From positions 75,967 through 139,966 of the forward strand of contig JBEKDT010000014.1 in NCBI GenBank assembly GCA_050014195.1: a DNA stretch of 64,000 bases, written 5' to 3'. A model generated the notes under the pieces. That model saw only the letters and a program-made list of their open reading frames with translations. It was not told where the DNA came from and did not search any database. Below, in pieces: positions 10,028 through 18,973 of this stretch. Within the stretch, counting starts at the first letter, position 1. Each line of letters opens with the position of its first letter. This DNA comes from Desulfomonilia bacterium. GTDB taxonomy: Bacteria; Desulfobacterota; Desulfomonilia; UBA1062. The translations under genes were made by a program, and so were the position numbers.

Positions 10028-10336
10028 ATGAGGAAAATGTTTATTCTTGTTGTTGTTGCAGTTTGTTTTATCATAACAGGCTGCGCAACTTCGATGCCTG
10101 TTGGTTGTCTTTACACAGAGTTGAAACTTCCCGTAGCAGCAACAGGAGAAGTTACAAAGAACAAGGTAGGTGTAGCTGAATGTACAAGCATCCTTGGCCT
10201 TGTGGCTACAGGAGATGCAAGTATTGAGGCAGCCATGAAAAACGGTGGAATCACTAAAATCAGCCATGTAGATTGGGAAGCAAAGAATATCCTGGGGATT
10301 ATTGGTACTTACAAGGTAGTAGTATACGGCCAATAG
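10028..10336 (+). CDS. TRL-like family lipoprotein
   Basis: ITGC lipobox; SILGLVATGDASIEAAMKNGGITKISHVD motif. Confidence 0.8.
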   Translation: MRKMFILVVVAVCFIITGCATSMPVGCLYTELKLPVAATGEVTKNKVGVAECTSILGLVATGDASIEAAMKNGGITKISHVDWEAKNILGIIGTYKVVVYGQ

Positions 10337-10362
10337 CATATCTGATCGGACCGTCGAATTTC

Positions 10363-10423
10363 CCCAATAAAGACTTCTGCGAAAACACATTGTTGATGTG
10401 TTTTCGCAGAAGTCTTTATTGGG
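10363..10423. repeat. Perfect 28-bp palindrome with 5-nt loop
   Basis: CCCAATAAAGACTTCTGCGAAAACACAT-tgttg-ATGTGTTTTCGCAGAAGTCTTTATTGGG. Confidence 0.85.
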
Positions 10424-10763
10424 ACGTGAACAGTATTTCACACAGGGAACGGTTACGGCCGTTCCCTGATCATGGTTTCTAATCTCCAAATCTCCCTTTC
10501 ACAATCTTGAAGGCCTCGTCCGCCACCTCAAGATTCTATACGCCTGAGAAGCGGCTTGTGGGGATCTCAGAGAATGATTACACCAACAAGACCATAGCGG
10601 ATTTATACCACGCATCGAAACCCGGGACGGTTTTTGAAGGCCGGATTAAACTTATCCCCTACAAATATGGTGACGGTCCCACATATAATTATTTGCTGCA
10701 GTCAAACAGATTGCTGGTCCATTGTGTTGTTTTACAACTTAACCCAATGATACATTGATGCTT

Positions 10764-11855
10764 CTATCTGAAGTGTATCACCATGATGTCATTGTCCCTC
10801 AGGATGAACTCCTTGCCCTCGATGAGGATAGCGCCGGCATCACGGGCGCCGTGGATCCCACCATATTTCTGAAAGTCATCGAGTGATATGACATCCGCCT
10901 TAATAAAACCCTGCTGGATGTCGGTATGGATAAGCCCTGCTGCTTCATAAGCAGTGCCGCCTTTCTTTAGGGTCCATGCCCGCAGCTCTTTGCCGACCGG
11001 GGTGTAGAAGGTTATGAGATCCAGCAGCTCATAGCAGGTGCCGATGAGTTCCTGGGTGCCGGATCGCTTGATGCCGACGGATTCCAAAAACTCTTTTCGC
11101 TCGGCATCATCGAGCTCCGATGCCTCCAGCTCGAACTTTGAACAGACAGGGACGACCTTCTTGCCCTTTTTCTCTCCCCAGGCCTTCAGGTTATCAAGGT
11201 GGACCGATCCAATAGTCAGGTCATCCTCCCCGACGTTCGCCACGATAATGTAGGGTTTGGCAGTGAGGAGCCCTAACGCCTTCATCTCACCCTGATCAAA
11301 GGGGATACCGGTGTCGATGATACAGGAACCCTTAGTGAGTGCGTCCTGGATGGCTTCCAGATGTTCAATCTCACCTGCAGCAATGTCCTTCTTGCCGAGT
11401 TTGAGGCCTTTTTTGAGGTTTTCCAGACGCTTCTGGACAAGGTCCAGGTCGGCCATGACCAGCTCTGTGAGGATGATCTCAATGTCGTTAACGGGATTGA
11501 TGTCGGTGTAGACATGGCTGACGTTTGCATCCTGGAAGCACCTGACCACGTGGATAATGGCATCCACCCCCCTGATCTGGCCCAAGAACTGGTTTCCAAG
11601 ACCTTCGCCCTTATAAGCCCCTTTGACGAGCCCTGCGATATCGAAAAGTTTTAATGTGGTAGGAGTTATCTTTTCCGGTTTAATGATCCGGGCAATTGTC
11701 TCAAGGTTCTCATCAGGCACATTTACAATCCCGATGTTGGGGTCAATGGTGCAGAACGGATAGTTCTCCGCCGGTGCATTTGCCTTGGTGATGAGGTTGA
11801 AGAGGGTGGATTTGCCCGCATTAGGCAGTCCGACAATGCCGCAGGTAAAGCTCAT
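10764..11855 (-). CDS. ychF: Redox-regulated ATPase YchF
   Basis: GIVGLPNAGKSTLFN, ENYPFCTIDPN, DIAGLVKGA, AAGLIHTD. Confidence 0.95.
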   Translation of the reverse strand: MSFTCGIVGLPNAGKSTLFNLITKANAPAENYPFCTIDPNIGIVNVPDENLETIARIIKPEKITPTTLKLFDIAGLVKGAYKGEGLGNQFLGQIRGVDAIIHVVRCFQDANVSHVYTDINPVNDIEIILTELVMADLDLVQKRLENLKKGLKLGKKDIAAGEIEHLEAIQDALTKGSCIIDTGIPFDQGEMKALGLLTAKPYIIVANVGEDDLTIGSVHLDNLKAWGEKKGKKVVPVCSKFELEASELDDAERKEFLESVGIKRSGTQELIGTCYELLDLITFYTPVGKELRAWTLKKGGTAYEAAGLIHTDIQQGFIKADVISLDDFQKYGGIHGARDAGAILIEGKEFILRDNDIMVIHFR

Positions 11856-11864
11856 ATCAATGCC

Positions 11865-12359
11865 TTAAAGCGCACGGTAATCTATTCGAGCCAGAAACGC
11901 CCCCAGCAGATCGCATATCATGGATGCGATGAGCATATCATCCTTTGTGAATCCCCCGGCTGCCTTGTCGGCAAGGTTCAAAATGCCGAGAACCTTTTCC
12001 TTTTGCCTTATGAGGATGCACATGAACGACTTGGTGGAATACTTTTCTTTGTTCTGCAGCCCTATCTCCTCCTCGATATCTTTGATGATGAGTGAGCTGT
12101 TGCGGGCAAGGGCCAGGTTCATGATGCTGTCCCGCTGGGAGCCGACCGAGATGAAAGGGTCTTGCCCGATGTCGATGTGGTTATGGGCCTTGATTTCAAG
12201 ATCCCCGGAGGAGGGGTTTCTCGTGAAGAGCGAGCAGTATTTGGCATCCAGTACCTTTGGCAGATGATTTACCACGGTGTCGAGTATAGTCGGCAGGTCT
12301 TCGGCTTCGTTGAGATATCTGGCCATTTCATAGAGTGTTTCCAGGTAGGGTCTCTCCAT
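11865..12359 (-). CDS. Stand-alone GAF-domain protein
   Basis: SFMCILIRQKEKVLGILNLADK...FTKDD GAF motif. Confidence 0.75.
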   Translation of the reverse strand: MERPYLETLYEMARYLNEAEDLPTILDTVVNHLPKVLDAKYCSLFTRNPSSGDLEIKAHNHIDIGQDPFISVGSQRDSIMNLALARNSSLIIKDIEEEIGLQNKEKYSTKSFMCILIRQKEKVLGILNLADKAAGGFTKDDMLIASMICDLLGAFLARIDYRAL

Positions 12360-12489
12360 AACTCACCTCCATATAAGTAACCTTCTTACCATATCGGCCT
12401 TAGGTGAGTCATGTGTGAATATTCATAAATTATGGTTCATCACAGTAAAGCATACTCGGATCATTGAAGAGCACACAAAAGGGATATTC

Positions 12490-12609
12490 CACCACGAAGG
12501 ACACGAAGGAAAGAATCCTCTTGAAATCTCTGACCGGGGGAAAGGAAGCCAACAACGTCCGTCCTGCAGTTCTTAGATTTTTTTCGTGCTCTTCGTGTCC
12601 TTCGTGGTG
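12490..12609. repeat. REP-like inverted-repeat element
   Basis: CACCACGAAGGACACGAAG (12490-12508) and exact reverse complement (12591-12609). Confidence 0.7.
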
Positions 12610-12864
12610 AGAACAATGGGCTGGGAAGAGGATGCAAACCATAAAAGTATGCTTCACAGAGAAGAACCTAAATTATTCTATGATAATGGTAGGACCGGAT
12701 ACATCGGTTTTATTGCCTGACGCATCCCTACATTAATGACCATAATGAGGTCTGAACAAAAAGAATAACAGATATTTGGTGTCTTGCAATTATTTTCCTC
12801 TACATCCCTGCTATTAGAGGCTTGACTTTGATAGGCAGCATAGATGTATAATCCTTAGGGGATA

Positions 12865-13095
12865 ATGGAAGGAGACTATCTTTTGGAGATACTCGAGATC
12901 CTTGAAGAAAAGATATACGAATTAGTCGAAACAGTGAATAGCCTGAAAAAAACAAATGAAGAATTGACTATTAAGCTCAAAGAAAAGGAGGAAGAGGCAA
13001 GAGGGTTAAAGCGGGAGATGGACAATCTCTTGGGAGAGAAAGAACAGGTCAAACAGAAGGTGGCACACCTGATCAAGTGCGTGGAAGTATTGTAA
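12865..13095 (+). CDS. zapB: Cell division protein ZapB
   Basis: Short all-coiled-coil ORF directly upstream of zapA. Confidence 0.75.
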   Translation: MEGDYLLEILEILEEKIYELVETVNSLKKTNEELTIKLKEKEEEARGLKREMDNLLGEKEQVKQKVAHLIKCVEVL

Positions 13096-13099
13096 GATT

Positions 13100-13381
13100 T
13101 TGTACGACACAGTAACCATACAGATACTCGGGCAGGAATATAAGGTGAAGGCTGGGGGGGACACGAGCCACATTCAGTCATTGTCGAGATATATCAATGA
13201 GAAGGTGTTTGATGTTCAGCAAAGAGGCACTGCAGTGACGACAACGGAACTGGTGGCAATGGTCATGTTGCATATGGCCGATGATGTGGCAAAGACACGT
13301 CAGGAACTGGAGACAGTAAAACGTACGTTTACGGAAAAGATAGATCAGCTGATAGCACATATTGACAAGGCAACGAAATGA
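13100..13381 (+). CDS. zapA: Cell division protein ZapA
   Basis: VTIQILGQEYKV...LSRYINEK...ADD; conserved synteny. Confidence 0.85.
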   Translation: MYDTVTIQILGQEYKVKAGGDTSHIQSLSRYINEKVFDVQQRGTAVTTTELVAMVMLHMADDVAKTRQELETVKRTFTEKIDQLIAHIDKATK

Positions 13382-13394
13382 AGAAGATACGGCC

Positions 13395-13625
13395 AGCCCC
13401 GGCCCTGATGCAATACCTCCCGAGTCATCGAGGATATGGGACATCGCCATGACTCATGTTGGGAAAAGGGTTTTGCGCTAAGAGGAAAACCTAACTTGTA
13501 AGCACATACGGCGAGCGAAGCAAGACCTCATAAGGTCTTCATACGATCCTGTGTCGGTATAGCCTCAATAGAGGTTTCCTTGCGAAATCTTAATCTTCCA
13601 CACATCCCCTTCTTGAACCGGGGGA
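13395..13625 (+). ncRNA. ssrS: Probable 6S RNA (boundaries approximate)
   Basis: Lies between zapA and ygfA, the canonical position; long rod pairing (AGGAAAACCT/AGGTTTCCT, ATGTTGGGAA/TTCCACACAT, CCCCGG/CCGGGG). Confidence 0.65.
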
Positions 13626-13627
13626 AT

Positions 13628-14182
13628 ATGCAGAGCAAGTCGGAAATACGCAAAGCAATGCTTGCGAGACGTCAAGCAATTGCCGAGGGTGAGCGGATAC
13701 GCCACGAACAGGCGATTATTGAGCACATCCAGGCACTGCCATGTTTTGCTAAAGCGGCCTCCATGGCTCTGTACATGCCCGTTAAGGGGGAGGTAAGCCT
13801 GCTTTCCCTGTGGCGACCTGGTGAAAGACTGATTCTCTTTCCAAAGGTATCGAATGAAATTCTCGTCTTTTCATCTGCCGTATCAAAAGAGGATTTTAGG
13901 CAGGGGGCTTACGGAATTCCTGAGCCCATCTCAAGCAGAAACATGGAAATAAGCGAGATCGATGTGATTTTTGTCCCGGGAATTGCCTTTGACCCGTACG
14001 GCCACCGGCTTGGGTACGGGAAAGGCTATTACGACAGGCTGATCGGAAAGCATCCGGACGTAACCTTTATCGGTGTTTGTTCGGATGAATTCTGCATCGA
14101 AAGCCTGCCGGTTGACCCCTGGGATACACGAGTCGATTTCGTGGTATCCCAAGCCGGAATATATAAAAGTGAGGTGGAATGA
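13628..14182 (+). CDS. ygfA: 5-formyltetrahydrofolate cyclo-ligase
   Basis: KSEIRK start, VPGIAFD...RLGYGKGYYDR; start moved to ATG 13628. Confidence 0.9.
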   Translation: MQSKSEIRKAMLARRQAIAEGERIRHEQAIIEHIQALPCFAKAASMALYMPVKGEVSLLSLWRPGERLILFPKVSNEILVFSSAVSKEDFRQGAYGIPEPISSRNMEISEIDVIFVPGIAFDPYGHRLGYGKGYYDRLIGKHPDVTFIGVCSDEFCIESLPVDPWDTRVDFVVSQAGIYKSEVE

Positions 14183-15732
14183 TGGAACTTGTATACATAA
14201 TCATAGCACTGATTGCCGGTGCTGCAATCGGGTTCGTCGTGAACCTTTTTATCAAGGGCAAAGCCATCCATGATGCAAAAATAGAGTCTGCAGGCAGAAT
14301 CGAAGATGCTGGAAAGAAGGCGGCAAACATTATCTCAGATTCACAGCTTGAGGCAAAGGAGATCATCTTCGCCGCCAAGACCCAGAGCGATGCAGAGGCC
14401 AAGGAACGCCTGAAAGAAGTATCAGCCATAGAAAAAAGGATCCACCAGCGCGAGGAGATGATCGATAACAAGCTCGTCCAGTTCGATAAGCGTGAACAGG
14501 AGATCAGAAAGAACGAACAGTCAATCACCGACAGGACAAAGTACCTTGATAACATGAAGGCCGAAGTTGAAACCCTTAGGGTCCAGCAGATTCAGAAACT
14601 TGAGCAGATCAGCGGCATGGACTCAAGGCAGGCCAAGGAGGAGCTCATACAATCGCTTGAGAGCGAGGCAAGGCATGAGGCGGCTAAGCTCTTAAAACAG
14701 ATCCAGGACGAGGCCGAGGCGGAAGCGGACAAGCGTGCCAAGAGGATCCTGTCCACCGCCATCCAGCGATATTCCACCGATGTAGTGAGTGCCCGGACGG
14801 TCTCGGTAGTGAACCTGCCGAGCGAGGAGATGAAAGGCCGCATTATCGGCCGTGAAGGGCGCAATATCCGCTCCTTAGAGGCTGTTACCGGTGTGGACCT
14901 CATCATCGACGACACCCCTGACGCCGTGATTCTATCCAGTTTCGACCCTATCAAGCGAGAGATCGCACGGCTCTCCCTGGAGACACTCGTAGTAGACGGC
15001 AGGATCCACCCATCACGCATTGAGGATGTGGTGGAGAAAGTCACCAAGGAGATCAATGACAATATCTGGGAGGCCGGGCAACAGGCCACCTTCGAACTCG
15101 GCCTGCACGGGATAAACCCAGAGCTTATCAAGCTGATTGGGAAACTCAAATATCGCACGAGCTTCTCCCAGAATGTGTACCAGCATTCCCTGGAGGTTTC
15201 ACACCTCTGCGGCATCATCGCTGCGGAATTGGGTGTGAACCAGAAGACCGCCAAGCGAGTAGGTCTGTTGCACGACATTGGAAAGGCCGTGGACCACGAA
15301 GTGGAGGGCTCGCACGCCATCATAGGCGCTGATATCGCGAAGCGTTATGGTGAGTCCACCAAGGTGGTGGAGGCCATAGCCTCCCACCATAATGAGGCGC
15401 AGGTGAATTCCGTTTACGCATTCCTTGTGCAGGCTGCCGACTCCCTCTCCGCGGCCAGGCCCGGCGCCAGACGGGAGATGCTGGAAAACTACATCAAGAG
15501 ACTCACCGAGCTCGAGGGGATCGCATGCTCCTTTGAAGGGGTATCCAAGGCATTCGCCGTCCAGGCAGGGAGAGAGGTGCGCGTCATGGTGGATGTGGAG
15601 AAGATCAGCGATGAAGGTGCCGACCTGATCGCCCAGGACATTACCAAGGCCATCGAGGAAAAGCTTACCTATCCCGGCCAGATCCGGGTGGTAGTGATTC
15701 GCGAGAGCAGGGCGGTGCGTTTCGCCAAATAA
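14179..15732 (+). CDS. rny: Ribonuclease Y
   Basis: N-terminal TM, coiled coil, KH (MKGRIIGREGRNIR), HD (LLHDIGK). Confidence 0.96.
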   Translation: MMELVYIIIALIAGAAIGFVVNLFIKGKAIHDAKIESAGRIEDAGKKAANIISDSQLEAKEIIFAAKTQSDAEAKERLKEVSAIEKRIHQREEMIDNKLVQFDKREQEIRKNEQSITDRTKYLDNMKAEVETLRVQQIQKLEQISGMDSRQAKEELIQSLESEARHEAAKLLKQIQDEAEAEADKRAKRILSTAIQRYSTDVVSARTVSVVNLPSEEMKGRIIGREGRNIRSLEAVTGVDLIIDDTPDAVILSSFDPIKREIARLSLETLVVDGRIHPSRIEDVVEKVTKEINDNIWEAGQQATFELGLHGINPELIKLIGKLKYRTSFSQNVYQHSLEVSHLCGIIAAELGVNQKTAKRVGLLHDIGKAVDHEVEGSHAIIGADIAKRYGESTKVVEAIASHHNEAQVNSVYAFLVQAADSLSAARPGARREMLENYIKRLTELEGIACSFEGVSKAFAVQAGREVRVMVDVEKISDEGADLIAQDITKAIEEKLTYPGQIRVVVIRESRAVRFAK

Positions 15733-15875
15733 GAATTTTATCGGGGATTTAAGTCTTGCTCGTGGGCAACGGTAAAGAGCCCGCCTGATCGAGTCCCTTG
15801 CGGTATAGGGAAGGAGGGCGGCCGTGAGCGGTTAAAAAAAGCAAGACCTGACCCGTTCAAGGAAAGGGGTATATC

Positions 15876-17063
15876 GTGTTAGAGCAACAACTGGCTGAAC
15901 TCAAACGGGGCATCGTTGACATCGTTTCTGAAGAAGAGCTCATAACCAAGCTTAAGAAGGGCAGGCCGCTGAAGATCAAAGTGGGATTCGACCCGACTGC
16001 CCCGGATATACACCTGGGGCATACGGTCGTACTCCAGAAGATGCGGCAGTTCCAGGATGCCGGGCACGATGTGATCTGCCTCATCGGTGATTTTACCGGC
16101 ATGATCGGCGACCCGAGCGGTAGGAGCAGCACAAGGCCGCCGCTCACCCGGCAGGAGGTCTTGGAAAATGCAAAGACCTACCAGGAACAGGTGAAGAAGA
16201 TTCTCGACCCCAAGCGCACGATTATGAGGTTCAACTCCGAATGGATGGATAATATGGTTGTTGCCGATTTCATCAAGCTCACCTCAGTTCAGACGGTTGC
16301 CAGGATGCTGGAGCGGGACGACTTCAAAAAGCGTTTTCAATCGCAGCACCCCATCAGCATCCACGAGTTTCTCTATCCCTTTGTCCAGGGCTATGATTCC
16401 GTGGCGTTAGAGGCCGATGTGGAGCTGGGCGGCACCGACCAGGTCTTCAACCTGCTCATGGGCCGCGAGGTACAGAAGGCATACCACCAGGAGCCCCAGG
16501 TCATCATGACCCTGCCGCTGCTGGAAGGTACTGACGGCGTCCAGAAGATGAGCAAGTCCTATAATAACTACATCGGAGTGGATGATGCCCCTTCCGACAT
16601 GTATGGCAAGGTCATGTCCATCTCGGATGAGCTCATGTGGAAGTATTATGAACTGCTCAGCTCAAGGACAATTCCGCAGATCGAAGGGATGAAGCAGGCT
16701 GTTGAAACGAGTACGCTGCATCCCATGGATGCCAAGATGAAGCTGGCTTATGAGATGGTTGAGCGGTTCCATGGCAGGGCCCATGCGGATGCAGCCAGGG
16801 ATGGTTTTGTGAAGGTGTTCAAATCCCGCGAACTGCCTGAAGATATGCCTGTTCTCACCCTCAATATCGAAAGGCCGTGGATTTGTGCCGTTCTCAAGGA
16901 GGCAGGACTTGTGGCAGGAACCTCTGAGGCTAGGCGTATGATCTCCCAGGGGGCTGTCCAGATCAATGAAGAAAAGATCATTGATGGTGAGTATGTCCTC
17001 TCGAAGGGCAGCCATATCATCAAAGTGGGCAAGCGCAGATACGCTAGGGTGGAGATAGTCTAA
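15876..17063 (+). CDS. tyrS: Tyrosine--tRNA ligase
   Basis: [19 protein letters not shown]-terminal S4 domain. Confidence 0.96.
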   Translation: MLEQQLAELKRGIVDIVSEEELITKLKKGRPLKIKVGFDPTAPDIHLGHTVVLQKMRQFQDAGHDVICLIGDFTGMIGDPSGRSSTRPPLTRQEVLENAKTYQEQVKKILDPKRTIMRFNSEWMDNMVVADFIKLTSVQTVARMLERDDFKKRFQSQHPISIHEFLYPFVQGYDSVALEADVELGGTDQVFNLLMGREVQKAYHQEPQVIMTLPLLEGTDGVQKMSKSYNNYIGVDDAPSDMYGKVMSISDELMWKYYELLSSRTIPQIEGMKQAVETSTLHPMDAKMKLAYEMVERFHGRAHADAARDGFVKVFKSRELPEDMPVLTLNIERPWICAVLKEAGLVAGTSEARRMISQGAVQINEEKIIDGEYVLSKGSHIIKVGKRRYARVEIV

Positions 17064-17128
17064 AGGGCCTGACCTGGATACCTCGATACGGGTATGGGGT
17101 CGGGGTGAGAGGTGATTGTCACACGGTG

Positions 17129-17677
17129 TTACTCGTCTTGGAGGATAACCTTTGACAAGTCTGGCCTGGCCCGAGGGAGGGTGATTTGTATTCGAGTCCC
17201 GGCAGGTCCGCTTGCAGGGTCGGCGTTTGATTCGATGGTCAAATTGCCAGAATGTAATTTCACGGCCCCATAGGCGAACGGCAGCCCCAGGCCTGTCCCC
17301 TCACCAACGGGTTTTGTGGTGAAAAAGGGGGTGAAAAGCTTGTCCATATTCTCTCTCGAAATACCCCTGCCGGTATCTTGAATTATAATGACGACCTGGT
17401 CAACGCCACCTTGAACGCTTACAGCCAGTTCGCCTCCGTCCGGCATGGCCTCTATGGCATTGGTCTGAAGGTTCACCAGTGCCTTGAAGACCCGTTCTTC
17501 ATCAATCCAAACCGAAGGGTCTGAAATATCCGTTGTCATTGATATTCGGATGTTATCCGGCTTTGGTAGGCTCCGGATGCTCTCTTCAGTCAGGGCGACG
17601 ATATCCGTCTCCCTGCGTTTCAACCCCTGCAGGGCGGATTTTATATTTTCTTCATAATCAATGATATTCCTATCCAT
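17129..17677 (-). CDS. Stand-alone HATPase_c domain (histidine-kinase catalytic domain lacking HisKA)
   Basis: NAIEAM, DTGRGI, FFTTKPVGEGTGLGL boxes; no H-box. Confidence 0.75.
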   Translation of the reverse strand: MDRNIIDYEENIKSALQGLKRRETDIVALTEESIRSLPKPDNIRISMTTDISDPSVWIDEERVFKALVNLQTNAIEAMPDGGELAVSVQGGVDQVVIIIQDTGRGISRENMDKLFTPFFTTKPVGEGTGLGLPFAYGAVKLHSGNLTIESNADPASGPAGTRIQITLPRARPDLSKVILQDE

Positions 17678-18057
17678 GAGTCCTTCCTCAAGGATATCCT
17701 TTCAGAGTTAACCTTGCAACCATTAGCACATTTCTCTTCTCTATACCTTCCCATTGACTCCTTATGAATAAAGTACTATATATTTTTTGAACACACGAAT
17801 ACAACATAAGGCAGACAACATACGATTTTCCGTTTCCTATTTCAACAAACCAAGTCTGAGAGAGACAGATATAAGAAGAGGTTTGCCGATTTTCTCAATA
17901 TTTTTCTTAAAGATCACATACATATTGCGTGGATAAAGCTGAACGGTGAACCACCATTCAGTTTATTCTTGATGCCTAAGAGAATGCATGATAAGGAAAT
18001 AGGCTCGAAAGAGTCACGACAATCAAAGAGACTTAATACGCGATAGGGGGGTTTACC

Positions 18058-18564
18058 GTGGCAGCGATTGATAGTACCCAGGCGAGTGCGGGGTTGGCGG
18101 AGTTCACCTCTGAGCAACTTGCGCAGGTTGACAAAATCATTGCAGATCACAAAGGAAAACCAGGTGCCCTGATCCCTGTTCTCGAGCAGGTTCAGGAAAT
18201 AACCGGGTATCTACCCATGTCCATCCAGATGAGGGTGGCTGACGGTCTCAGCCTACCCGTAGCGAACGTGTTCGGTGTTGTCACGTTCTACTCCTTCTTC
18301 ACCATGATCCCAAGAGGCAAGCATGTTATCCGCGTATGCCTCGGTACGGCTTGTTATGTGAGGGGCGGACAGAGGGTTTTGGACAGGGTGGGTGATATTC
18401 TCAAGATCGCCCCGGGCGAATGCACGGATGACAGGAACTTCTCCCTGGAGACGGTGCGTTGCCTCGGCGCATGCGGTCTTGCACCCGTGGTGGTTGTCGA
18501 TGCCGACACCCATGGGCAGGTAAAACCGGCCAAACTCGAGCAGACGCTCGCGAAGTATAACTAG
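18058..18564 (+). CDS. hydC: [FeFe] hydrogenase subunit HydC (NuoE-like)
   Basis: VTFYSFF, CLGTACYVRG, CLGACGLAP. Confidence 0.9.
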   Translation: MAAIDSTQASAGLAEFTSEQLAQVDKIIADHKGKPGALIPVLEQVQEITGYLPMSIQMRVADGLSLPVANVFGVVTFYSFFTMIPRGKHVIRVCLGTACYVRGGQRVLDRVGDILKIAPGECTDDRNFSLETVRCLGACGLAPVVVVDADTHGQVKPAKLEQTLAKYN

Positions 18565-18574
18565 AGGGGGCTCT

Positions 18575-18973
18575 ATGGCGAAGCTGACTATTGATGATCT
18601 GAAAAAGATAAAAGACAGGGTGGAGAAAGAGGACCAGTTCAGGGCCGGTACGAAGCGCATCAAGCTCACCGTGCATATGGGCACCTGCGGTATCGCATCC
18701 GGCGCCAAGGAGATCCTTGACACCTTCATGAGCGAGATCAGTGAAAACAACGTTGGTGATATCCTTATCACCACCTCGGGTTGCATCGGCATCTGCAGCA
18801 GGGAGCCTTTGGCAACCCTCGAAGAGCAAGGCAAAGACGCAATCGTCTATGAATATCTAACCCCGAACAAGGCCAGGCAGATCTTCAAGCGCCATGTCAT
18901 GAACGGCGAGGTGCAGAAGGATTTCGTCATGGCACGGGGCACGGAACAAGACACGAAGGGGGTCCGTAAATGA
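18575..18973 (+). CDS. Thioredoxin-like [2Fe-2S] ferredoxin subunit (HydD/HndB-like)
   Basis: MGTCGIASGA, GCIGICSREP. Confidence 0.8.
   Translation: MAKLTIDDLKKIKDRVEKEDQFRAGTKRIKLTVHMGTCGIASGAKEILDTFMSEISENNVGDILITTSGCIGICSREPLATLEEQGKDAIVYEYLTPNKARQIFKRHVMNGEVQKDFVMARGTEQDTKGVRK

Noticed and set aside
12430-12657. 75-aa ORF with HHEGHEEHE
   Set aside because: Translation of the REP-like repeat, not a credible gene.
15733-15875. T-box leader for tyrS
   Set aside because: No T-box consensus or specifier stem seen, and the region is too short.
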